Source: an uncultured Bacteroidales bacterium (lineage in GTDB: Bacteria > Bacteroidota > Bacteroidia > Bacteroidales > DTU049). From it: a DNA stretch of 55,221 bases. Of this stretch, positions 9,404-17,824 are shown piece by piece. The translations under genes were made by a program, and so were the position numbers. The stretch's first letter is position 1; the number at the start of each line of letters is the position of its first letter. The notes below the pieces were generated by a model. The model saw only the letters and a list, made by a program, of their open reading frames with translations. It had not been told where the DNA came from and did no database searches. Location: contig CAZKDV010000004.1 in NCBI GenBank assembly GCA_964551645.1, positions 1 to 55,221 of the forward strand. Reading direction: 5' to 3'.

Positions 9404-12400
9404 ATGAAAAAGTTAATAATAAACATCTTCGCTTTAATTGTAATAACGGCAACGGTTTATGCAGATAAGAATCCGGACGATAAGCTAGCTATGGTTGCTA
9501 AATCTACTGCTGCTGGTTGTTTGCCTGCATCTGCTCATATTGAATTAAAGATAAATAATGTTCGTGCAAGAATAAATACAGGTGGTGATATGTGGTGGGA
9601 CTTAGCCGGTTCAGCTTTGTATGAAATCCCTAAGGGTTCACAAAAACACTCAATGTTTTCTGCTTCTCTTTGGATTGGAGGCGTTGATGTTAACGGACAG
9701 TTGAAACTTGCTGCTTTAAGATACAGACAAGTAGGAAATGATTATTGGCCTGGTCCACTTTCTGTTGATGGAACGGCATCAATTGACCCAGAAACTTGTA
9801 TTAAATATGATAGACACTATGTAATATACAAACAAGAAGTAGAAGATTTTTTAGGCTGGAGAACAATGCCTGAATTATATCCTGATTATCAAGTGCCTCG
9901 TTCAATTATGGATTATCCTGCACACGGAGACCCAACAAGGAATGAAGCAAAATATTTAGCACCTTTCTTTGATGCAGATAATGACGGAGAGTATAATTGG
10001 GAAGCAGGAGATTATCCTTATTATGATTTGGATAATAGTCTTTGTCCATTATATCTTCAACATGGAGCAACCAGACAACCAACTATGGGTTCGGATCCGG
10101 AATACGGCACTCCGACAGAAAAAGGCGGTTTATTGACTGACCAAGTATTAAAAGGAGATCAAACGGTTTGGTGGGTATTTAACGATAAAGGAAATGTTCA
10201 CACAGAAACAGGCGGAGCTCCTATAGGTTTAGAAATTAGAGCGCAAGCATTTGCTTTTACAACTAATGATGAAATCAACAATATGACTTTTTATAGTTAT
10301 GAAATTATCAATCGTTCAACATATAGATTAACAGAAACATACTTTTCACAATGGGTTGATTCAGATATTGGATATGCTTTTGATGACTATATTGGTTGTG
10401 ATGTACAAAGAGGCTTGGGTTATAGCTATAATGGTAAGGCAATTGATGGTTCCGGAAAATTTGACCACTACGGAGAGCAACCACCTGCAATTGGAGTTGA
10501 CTTTTTTCAAGGTCCTTATATGGATTCTGACGGAATAGATAATCCAAAATATTCTCATGTAGTAAATCCTGAAACTGGAGATACTACTTTTGTTCAGCTT
10601 TGTGATGAAAGTATCAATGGTGTAAACTTCGGAAATGGTATTGTTGATGACGAACGCTTTGGTATGAGAAAATTTGTTTATCATAATAATACAGGTGGTT
10701 ATTGGGCTATGACTGACCCAAGTATTGCACCTGAATATTATAATATATTAAGAGGTATTTGGAAAGATGGAACAAGAATGTTATACGGAGGTAATGCACA
10801 CTTAAATTCAGGTGCTTACGGTCCAGAATGTGATTTTATGTTCCCCGGCGATACTGACCCATGCGATTGGGGTATTGGAGGAATTCCACCTAATGGACCA
10901 AGATATTGGACAGAAGAAGTTGCTGGAAACGAGCCTTACGACAGACGATTTATGCAATCAGCAGGACCATTTACACTTGAACCAGGAGCCGTAAATTATA
11001 TTACTGTTGGTATTCCTTGGGCTCGTGCTATAACTGGCGGTCCATGGGCTTCAGTTGAATTATTAAGATTAGTGGACGACAAATGCCAAAGACTATTTGA
11101 TAACTGCTTTAGAGTTGTTGACGGACCTGATGCTCCAGACTTAGTTATTCGCGAACTTGATAAAGAAATTATTATATATTTGACTAACAAACCAAATAGT
11201 AATAATTATAATGAAAAATATGAAGAATTTGACCCTTCAATTGTTTCTCCTGATTCATTAGTTGGAGAAGAAAGATATGATTCTATTTATAGATTTGAAG
11301 GATACCAAATTTTCCAATTAAAAGATCCTACAGTTTCAGCTGTTGATGTACACAATCCAGACTTAGTAAGATTAGTTGCTCAGTGCGATGTTAAAAATGG
11401 AGTTTCACGATTAATTAATTTTTATTATTCCGAAGATTTAGCTGCTGTTATACCTATTGAAGAGGTTGATGGTGCAGATGCCGGAATTGTTAAATCATTC
11501 AGAGTTCTTGAAGATAAATTTGCAACTGGTGATAAACGCTTAGTAAACAACAAAAAATATTATTTCATGGCTTTAGCTTATGGTTATAATGAATATGAAA
11601 GATATTCGCAAGACCCAGCGTATCAAGTTGCCGGAGAAGCAAGTTTGTTTGGGCAACAAAGACCATATCTAGCTGGTAGAAAGAATATTGATGTTTATAC
11701 TGCAATTCCTCATAAAACTGAACCATTATCAGGAGGAACGGTTATTAATGCTAACTATGGAGCAGGACCACAAATCACAAGAATTGAAGGAAATGGAAAC
11801 GGAAATTTAGTTCTTGAGCTAACAAAAGAATCTATAGATGAAATTGTTAAAAATGGTATGGCAGAAAGAGTAACTTATAAAAACAATAGAGGTCCATTAA
11901 ACATTCAGGTTATTGATCCATTGAAAGTTAAACCTGCTAAATATATAGTGAAATTTAATGTTGATGGAGATATTAATGATGCTACTTGGACAATGCACGA
12001 GCTTGATGCAAGTGATAATATTGTAGCATCATATCATTCTGATAAATCTATAAGTGTAGGAAGTGAACAATTATTCTTAGATCTTGGAATATCTTTATCA
12101 ATACAGCAAAGTTCAAAACCCGGAGATCTTGAGCATGAAACAAATGGATTGTTGGAATCATCAATAGTATATGCTGATAGCTCTAAGAGATGGTTGTCAG
12201 GTCTTCCGAATATTGATGGACCAGGCCCGTTTAACTGGATACGCTCCGGAACAACTTATGATAGAGATGATCCAAACAATAATGATTACGAATTTAACGA
12301 AACTACACTATCGTGGTTAGACCCTGATCAACATTATGAAAAAATATTGGGAGGTACTTGGGCTCCTTATCGTATGGCATCAAGATTTGAGCATGGACCT

Positions 12401-13459
12401 GCAAGAGGATTATTGCATAGCTTAAGCCGTCTTGACGATGTTCATAGCATAGATGTTGTATTTACGCCCGATAAGTCTAAATGGACTAGATGCCCGGTAA
12501 TTGAAACAGGTGAAGATAGATTGCTATCAGAAGGTGGAGCGGCAAAATTTGAGTTGAGAAAACATGCTTCAATTGATAAAGATGGCAAAACAGGAACCGC
12601 AGAAGCTAATTATGACAACAGAACAGTAGGTATGGGTTGGTTCCCTGGGTATGCAATCAATATTGAAACTGGCGAAAGAATGAATATGATGTATGGAGAA
12701 GATAGTTGGTTAGCCGGAGAAAACGGAAATGACATGATGTTTAACCCAACTTCAAGATATACAGGTTTAAATACTTATTTCTTTGGTGGAAAACATTTCT
12801 TGTACATTTTTGGAAACTTTAAAACTGCTAATTTAGACTTGTCACCAGCTTATGACGAAGGTGCATGGACACATGATAAATTAACTTCAGGTGGAACTGT
12901 GGAAATGAGAAATCTATATCGCTCTATTATGTGGGTAAGTGTTCCTATGGCATTGTCAGATGAAGAATGGTTATCTAATGAAGCAAGAGTACGCATCAGG
13001 GTTTCTCGCCCATATTCAAGATATTATTCTTCCTCTCCTTTGGTTAGTACTAAGAATCCACAAAATAATAATTGGCCAATGTATGAGTTTAATACTTTTG
13101 ATTTAGCAACAACTACAAGCGACTTGCCAACAGCTAAAACTGCTCTTGATTTAATTAATGTAGTGCCAAATCCATACTACTCATATAGTGATTATGAAAT
13201 GACTCAGTTGGACAACTTGGTTAAAATAACTAATTTGCCTCCTAAGTGTACTGTGTCAATTTTTACTGTTAGCGGTACTATGATTAGACAATTTACTAAG
13301 GACGACCCAACAACAATTATTGAGTGGGATTTGAAAAATTATGCAGGAATACCAATTTCAGGAGGAATGTATTTGATACATATTGATGTTCCAGGCGTTG
13401 GAGAAAAAACTGTGAAATGGTTCGGTTCATTACGACCACTTGATTTAAATGCATTTTAA
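9404..13459 (+). CDS. secreted 1351-aa protein of unknown function with T9SS type-A-like C-terminal sorting domain
   Basis: Signal peptide MKKLIINIFALIVITATVYA. C-terminal about 80 aa (LINVVPNPYYSYSD...VKITNLPPKCTVSIFTVSGTMIRQF...GGMYLIHIDVPGVGEKTVKWF) has the Por secretion-tail pattern. It starts 36 nt after the receptor gene. Confidence 0.8.
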   Translation: MKKLIINIFALIVITATVYADKNPDDKLAMVAKSTAAGCLPASAHIELKINNVRARINTGGDMWWDLAGSALYEIPKGSQKHSMFSASLWIGGVDVNGQLKLAALRYRQVGNDYWPGPLSVDGTASIDPETCIKYDRHYVIYKQEVEDFLGWRTMPELYPDYQVPRSIMDYPAHGDPTRNEAKYLAPFFDADNDGEYNWEAGDYPYYDLDNSLCPLYLQHGATRQPTMGSDPEYGTPTEKGGLLTDQVLKGDQTVWWVFNDKGNVHTETGGAPIGLEIRAQAFAFTTNDEINNMTFYSYEIINRSTYRLTETYFSQWVDSDIGYAFDDYIGCDVQRGLGYSYNGKAIDGSGKFDHYGEQPPAIGVDFFQGPYMDSDGIDNPKYSHVVNPETGDTTFVQLCDESINGVNFGNGIVDDERFGMRKFVYHNNTGGYWAMTDPSIAPEYYNILRGIWKDGTRMLYGGNAHLNSGAYGPECDFMFPGDTDPCDWGIGGIPPNGPRYWTEEVAGNEPYDRRFMQSAGPFTLEPGAVNYITVGIPWARAITGGPWASVELLRLVDDKCQRLFDNCFRVVDGPDAPDLVIRELDKEIIIYLTNKPNSNNYNEKYEEFDPSIVSPDSLVGEERYDSIYRFEGYQIFQLKDPTVSAVDVHNPDLVRLVAQCDVKNGVSRLINFYYSEDLAAVIPIEEVDGADAGIVKSFRVLEDKFATGDKRLVNNKKYYFMALAYGYNEYERYSQDPAYQVAGEASLFGQQRPYLAGRKNIDVYTAIPHKTEPLSGGTVINANYGAGPQITRIEGNGNGNLVLELTKESIDEIVKNGMAERVTYKNNRGPLNIQVIDPLKVKPAKYIVKFNVDGDINDATWTMHELDASDNIVASYHSDKSISVGSEQLFLDLGISLSIQQSSKPGDLEHETNGLLESSIVYADSSKRWLSGLPNIDGPGPFNWIRSGTTYDRDDPNNNDYEFNETTLSWLDPDQHYEKILGGTWAPYRMASRFEHGPARGLLHSLSRLDDVHSIDVVFTPDKSKWTRCPVIETGEDRLLSEGGAAKFELRKHASIDKDGKTGTAEANYDNRTVGMGWFPGYAINIETGERMNMMYGEDSWLAGENGNDMMFNPTSRYTGLNTYFFGGKHFLYIFGNFKTANLDLSPAYDEGAWTHDKLTSGGTVEMRNLYRSIMWVSVPMALSDEEWLSNEARVRIRVSRPYSRYYSSSPLVSTKNPQNNNWPMYEFNTFDLATTTSDLPTAKTALDLINVVPNPYYSYSDYEMTQLDNLVKITNLPPKCTVSIFTVSGTMIRQFTKDDPTTIIEWDLKNYAGIPISGGMYLIHIDVPGVGEKTVKWFGSLRPLDLNAF

Positions 13460-13481
13460 TAAAATTAAAAATAATAATTCT

Positions 13482-14537
13482 ATGAAAAAAAGTATAAGTA
13501 TCATAATAGCAAGTATCTTTCTGCTAATGTCATTCTCGACCTTTGCAGGTAATAAGGACAGAGCAGGGCAGGGAGGTAGCTCAGAGTTATTAATTATGCC
13601 CTATGCAAGAAGTAGTGGTTGGGCAAGTTCTAATACATCTAATATCAGAGGCTTAGAAGCAATGTACTTAAATGTTGCCGGAACTGCTTTTACTCAAAAA
13701 ACTGAAGTAATATTTGCACACACCGACTGGCTAAAAGGTTCAGGTGTATCAATAAATTCATTTGGACTAACTCAAAGAGTTGGCGAAACAGGAGTGATTG
13801 GTATAGGAGTGATGAGTATGACATTCGGAGAAATTGATATTACAACAGTTAATCAACCCGAAGGAGGAATAGGTAAATTTCGTCCAAGTTTGATGAATAT
13901 CGGACTTTCTTATGCAAAAGCTTTCTCAAATAGTATATACGGAGGTATGGTTTTGAGAATCATAAATGAGTCAATAGCCGATAACTCAGCTCAAGGAATT
14001 GCGATAGATGCAGGTATTCAGTATGTTACTGGCGATAATGACCAAATAAAATTTGGAATCGCTTTACGGAATGTTGGACCTTCAATGAGGTTTAACGGAG
14101 ACGGATTGTCTTTTAGAGGAAATGTTATAGGCTCCGGTAATCAATTAACCGTAGAGCATAGATCGGCAAAGTTTGAACTACCATCTTTGTTGAATATTGG
14201 AGCTTCTTATGACTTCTTTTTAACAGAAAATCAAGAGCATATACTTACTGCATCTGGTACTTTTACCTCAAATTCATTCGAAAAAGATAATTTTAGCATA
14301 GGAGTTGAATATGATTTCAAAAAAATATTCTACTTAAGAGCTGGCTATCACTATGAAGACGGTATTTTTGAGGCAATGCCAAAAAGAACAACTGCATATA
14401 TAGGACCTACAGCAGGTTTTTCATTGCAAATACCTACTAATAAAGAAAATGGTTCTTTTATTTCTTTAGATTATTCTTATCGTGCAACTAATCCTTATCA
14501 AGGAATTCATACCATAGGTGCAAGAATTAGTATGTAA
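13482..14537 (+). CDS. PorV/PorQ-family outer-membrane beta-barrel protein (paralogue-like)
   Basis: I prefer ATG 13482 (MKKSISIIIASIFLLMSFSTFA signal peptide) over the track start 13449, which overlaps the upstream stop. N-terminus GQGGSSELLIMPYARSSGWASSNTSNIRGLEAMYLNVAG plus alternating beta-strand pattern and aromatic-rich C-terminus resemble the PorV/PorQ family. Confidence 0.7.
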   Translation: MKKSISIIIASIFLLMSFSTFAGNKDRAGQGGSSELLIMPYARSSGWASSNTSNIRGLEAMYLNVAGTAFTQKTEVIFAHTDWLKGSGVSINSFGLTQRVGETGVIGIGVMSMTFGEIDITTVNQPEGGIGKFRPSLMNIGLSYAKAFSNSIYGGMVLRIINESIADNSAQGIAIDAGIQYVTGDNDQIKFGIALRNVGPSMRFNGDGLSFRGNVIGSGNQLTVEHRSAKFELPSLLNIGASYDFFLTENQEHILTASGTFTSNSFEKDNFSIGVEYDFKKIFYLRAGYHYEDGIFEAMPKRTTAYIGPTAGFSLQIPTNKENGSFISLDYSYRATNPYQGIHTIGARISM

Positions 14538-14563
14538 AACACTTTTACGACTACATAGATTAG

Positions 14564-14594
14564 AGGTTCTTCATTAATGAAGAACCTTTTTTTT
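14564..14594 (+). terminator. rho-independent terminator of the 5720-14537 operon
   Basis: AGGTTCTTCA-TTAA-TGAAGAACCT perfect 10-bp stem followed by T8. Confidence 0.8.
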
Positions 14595-14800
14595 ATATAA
14601 ATGTTTTAATAGTTTATGAAATGTTTTATTTTTAACTAGGATAAATTGCCTAATCATCGCTTATCTAAGCTTTAAATCCTTCATTTAGTAATTTTGTTCA
14701 ATTGAGGAAAAATGTGCGTTATTTGGCGTTTAAAACAACTTTTTTGTTAAATGTATGTCGTTTGATGATATTTTGCGAATATTGCAACGGGAAATTTTGT

Positions 14801-14842
14801 TATAAAAAACATTACCCCGGATTTTTATCCGAGATAATGTTT
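14801..14842 (-). terminator. rho-independent terminator of the minus-strand lipoprotein gene
   Basis: On the minus strand: AAACATTATCTCGG-ATAAAAAT-CCGGGGTAATGTTT (14-bp stem with two G-U pairs) running into a T-tract, 31 nt past the stop at 14873. Confidence 0.65.
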
Positions 14843-14872
14843 AATAAAATTGTCAAACGAAAAATATGCAGA

Positions 14873-15724
14873 TTATTGAGGGATAGTTACAACATAGCTT
14901 AAACCCTTATAGCTTACAATAAATTTATTGTCGCATGTGCCGTCTCCGTAATCAATAAATATTTCTTCTTTCTTTGATGTAATTGTTTGTTTGCCGGCAA
15001 CTATACGCCATTCGCAACTCATGTCGATATGGATTGCTTCGGTAATTTCGATGCTGTATTCTTCGTCTGCTGCCGTAATGCCGTTTTGTGTTCCCGTAAT
15101 TTTATACTCATCATCAGAAGCAGTAATGGTTTCTTCGCCTTTTATCCACTCAATTGTGCGATTGCTCGACCATTGCGTTACGCTGTTGTTTTCGGGATTT
15201 GTGATTTTTCCGTTTTTAACCTGAAAATTGTATGATAAAAAATTGTCGCTGTTTAGTCCGTTGTTGGTTATGGTGTTTGTTCCTTCAACTCCAAAGTCGC
15301 TAACCGAATAATTTTCCAATCCGACTGTGATAATACTGCCCGTTTCTTTAAACCAATTTGTTGCATTAATCATAATTTTGCCTTTTCTTAGTTTTCCGTC
15401 ATTTCCTAAGCAGCCTTCGCCAAAATCGACAGTAATATCTTTTGGAAATGTTGTTAAGTCAAAAGGTTCGATTGTAATTAAAGCACAAAAATTATTTGAT
15501 GAAGCAAGATTTTTGCCTCCTTCCACTGAATCCTTGGCAGATAAAGTAGCACTTTGGGCTTGGTCGAAAACATCGCTGAAAAATGCTTCGGCAGTAGAAT
15601 TGCTTAAAGCTATATTTTTGGCAGTTTCGGGAGAAATAATTGTAGGCTTCTCAGTATCACACGATTGCAATACGAAGAAAGTTAAAGCAATGCTTGTTAA
15701 AAATAATAATCTCATTGTTTTCAT
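14873..15724 (-). CDS. hypothetical lipoprotein
   Basis: 283 aa with lipobox-type signal peptide MKTMRLLFLTSIALTFFVLQSC. No family recognised. Confidence 0.7.
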   Translation of the reverse strand: MKTMRLLFLTSIALTFFVLQSCDTEKPTIISPETAKNIALSNSTAEAFFSDVFDQAQSATLSAKDSVEGGKNLASSNNFCALITIEPFDLTTFPKDITVDFGEGCLGNDGKLRKGKIMINATNWFKETGSIITVGLENYSVSDFGVEGTNTITNNGLNSDNFLSYNFQVKNGKITNPENNSVTQWSSNRTIEWIKGEETITASDDEYKITGTQNGITAADEEYSIEITEAIHIDMSCEWRIVAGKQTITSKKEEIFIDYGDGTCDNKFIVSYKGLSYVVTIPQ

Positions 15725-15774
15725 GTTATTGGATTTTATGATTTATGTTATGCAAAATTAAAGAAAGTTTTTAC

Positions 15775-16800
15775 TCAAAACAAATCTCCTATTATATTAT
15801 TTTGTGTTTTCCCCAAGTGTTTATATGCCAATGGTGTTGTTAGTCTTCCTCTTGGCGTTCTTGTCAAAAATCCTTGTTGTATCAAAAAAGGCTCATACAC
15901 TTCTTCTATTGTGCCTGCGTCTTCGCCCACGGCTGTTGATATAGTGTTTAGCCCTACGGGTCCTCCGTTAAATTTTTCTATTATTGTCAATAATATTTTA
16001 TTGTCCATTTCGTCCAATCCGTACACATCTACATTTAGTGAGCTTAAAGATTTTTGTGTTATTTCTATATTTATTTTTCCGTCTCCGTCTATTTGTGCAA
16101 AATCTCTAATTCTTCTTAATAATAGGTTTGCAATTCTTGGTGTTCCGCGGCTTCTTTTCGCAATTTCTGTTGCTGCTTCTTCTGATATTGGTATTTGCAA
16201 TATTTTTGCTGATCGTTTAATAATTCCTTTCAGCACATCGGCAGTATAATATGCAAGTCGCGAATTAATTCCGAATCGAGACCTCAGAGGGGCTGTAAGC
16301 AATCCGCTACGGGTTGTTGCCCCAATCAGCGTAAAAGGGTTAATTTTTATTTGTATGCTTTTGGCACTTGGTCCTGTGTCTATCATAATGTCGATGCGAT
16401 AATCTTCCATTGCCGAATACAGATATTCTTCCACCACAGAACTTAGTCGGTGAATTTCGTCAATAAACAGCACATCGTTGGCTTGCAGATTTGACAGTAG
16501 TCCTGCAAGGTCACCCGGCTTGTCAATTACCGGTCCCGAAGTGATTTTAATTCCTACATTTAATTCATTTGCAATAATGTGCGATAGCGTTGTTTTTCCA
16601 AGTCCGGGAGGTCCGTGCAACAAAACATGGTCGAGGGCTTCGCCTCTCATTACTGCTGCTTTCACAAAAACTTTAAGATTTTCGATAATATTTGCTTGCC
16701 CTTGAAAGTCGTCAAACCTGAGCGGTCGCAGTGCTTTTTCATATTCTTTTTCAGCTTGCGACAGATTATTTTGCTCCGGATTTAGTAGGTCGTTTGTCAT
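15775..16800 (-). CDS. ruvB: Holliday junction branch-migration DNA helicase RuvB
   Basis: [12 protein letters not shown]...[22 protein letters not shown]...LFIDEIHRL...[18 protein letters not shown] are canonical RuvB motifs. Confidence 0.97.
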   Translation of the reverse strand: MTNDLLNPEQNNLSQAEKEYEKALRPLRFDDFQGQANIIENLKVFVKAAVMRGEALDHVLLHGPPGLGKTTLSHIIANELNVGIKITSGPVIDKPGDLAGLLSNLQANDVLFIDEIHRLSSVVEEYLYSAMEDYRIDIMIDTGPSAKSIQIKINPFTLIGATTRSGLLTAPLRSRFGINSRLAYYTADVLKGIIKRSAKILQIPISEEAATEIAKRSRGTPRIANLLLRRIRDFAQIDGDGKINIEITQKSLSSLNVDVYGLDEMDNKILLTIIEKFNGGPVGLNTISTAVGEDAGTIEEVYEPFLIQQGFLTRTPRGRLTTPLAYKHLGKTQNNIIGDLF

Positions 16801-16805
16801 TTTTC

Positions 16806-17618
16806 TTAAAATCCCTGTAGTTTTGATTTTCTAATTGAATCTTTTTTGCTTTCAGCTTGTGCATAATCGTAGTTGTAAATAGCACCCTCCCAGTCGCCAT
16901 AGGTGGTGTTGGGCAGCATGATATACTTAAAACCAAAATCATTTTGCAAACTGTCAATTATTCTAATTCTCTCTTCAACGCCTTTATTTTCGGTGAAATT
17001 GAAAAAGTCGTTCACATTGTCTCCAACCAGCAATATGATGTCATGCGTTTCTTGAATTTTTTTGCGTCTGTTTTCTTTGCACAATTCGGCTGTTTGCAAC
17101 ATCAAGTGTTTATCTTCAACTTGTGGAAAACCCAAGTTGGCAAGGTTTTTAGCTGTAGCTTCGTTGAGCTTGGCTTTGCGGTTGCTAACATAAAATATGT
17201 CAATATTTTTTGATTGAACATATTGCATAAACTCAACAGCACCGGGCATTGGTTTTGCATTGGCTTGCATACACCATTCATCCCATTTGGTAGGATATTG
17301 AAAGTTTTCGAGTATGGCTTGAGCCTGATAGGGGCTATTGTCTAACATAGTGTCGTCAATGTCAACCACTACTGCCATCTGCTTTGAGCCTTTATGTTCT
17401 CTGATTGCCTTTTCAACCGCCAATTTTCCCATTGCAAATGCTTGATAGCACAAGGCTCTCATTTCGGCTGATTGTTGTTGATACAAAATTGCAAGTTCTT
17501 GATAATAAGTTGGATGTGTTTTGTCATGGGCTTTACAACAATCTTTGGCTTTGTTGTTAGTGCAAGCTGCTACAAGTATAAAAGATGAAAAAACAATAAT
17601 AAAAAACCTATTCCTCAT
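16806..17618 (-). CDS. 5'-nucleotidase / class C acid phosphatase, lipoprotein e(P4) family (HAD superfamily)
   Basis: Lipobox [22 protein letters not shown] (DDDD-type HAD motif), [14 protein letters not shown]. It is 5 nt upstream of ruvB on the same strand. Confidence 0.85.
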   Translation of the reverse strand: MRNRFFIIVFSSFILVAACTNNKAKDCCKAHDKTHPTYYQELAILYQQQSAEMRALCYQAFAMGKLAVEKAIREHKGSKQMAVVVDIDDTMLDNSPYQAQAILENFQYPTKWDEWCMQANAKPMPGAVEFMQYVQSKNIDIFYVSNRKAKLNEATAKNLANLGFPQVEDKHLMLQTAELCKENRRKKIQETHDIILLVGDNVNDFFNFTENKGVEERIRIIDSLQNDFGFKYIMLPNTTYGDWEGAIYNYDYAQAESKKDSIRKSKLQGF

Positions 17619-17628
17619 GTTTTTTTTA

Positions 17629-17636
17629 CAAAACTA
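17629..17636 (-). promoter_or_regulatory. Bacteroidota-type -7 box (TAGTTTTG on minus strand)
   Basis: CAAAACTA on the + strand, 10 nt upstream of the ATG at 17618. Confidence 0.35.
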
Positions 17637-17799
17637 TACAAAAATTTTTGGATTGCGTTTTTTTTTAATATAAACTTTAACTATTGTAATAGATAATAAA
17701 TTGTTGTTGGTATCAAAAAGGGATTTTTACAGATATATTTCATTGTGAATGGAGTATTAAAAGTACAGTTTTGTGGCATAATGTTAAGTATATAATTTG

Positions 17800-17807
17800 T
17801 AACTTTG
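17800..17807 (+). promoter_or_regulatory. Bacteroidota-type -7 box TAACTTTG
   Basis: TAnnTTTG 17 nt upstream of ATG 17825. This argues against the TTG-initiated extension at 17771. Confidence 0.45.
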
Positions 17808-17824
17808 TAAAAACTATTTTAACT

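Noticed and set aside
9404-13459. Interpreting the 1351-aa protein as PorU (because a PorV-like gene follows it)
   Set aside because: I could not find the gingipain/C25-type peptidase features expected of PorU, and the N-terminal blocks look unrelated. It is kept as unknown cargo instead.
14702-14902. 66-aa ORF (TTG start) in the spacer after the PorV-like gene
   Set aside because: It has a non-ATG start, reads through the minus-strand terminator hairpin, overlaps the 3' end of the convergent gene, and its Cys/Lys-rich sequence has no motif.
14987-15761. Three + strand ORFs (82, 77 and 144 aa) overlapping the minus-strand lipoprotein gene
   Set aside because: The minus-strand ORF has a lipobox signal peptide and its own terminator. 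The + ORFs lack promoter boxes and recognisable features.
17771-17824. N-terminal extensions proposed by the ORF track (also 13449, 22245, 33635, 34579, 44677)
   Set aside because: The extensions start at TTG or upstream ATGs that overlap -7 promoter boxes, a preceding stop codon or the tRNA promoter region. In each case an internal ATG gives a canonical N-terminus or signal peptide.
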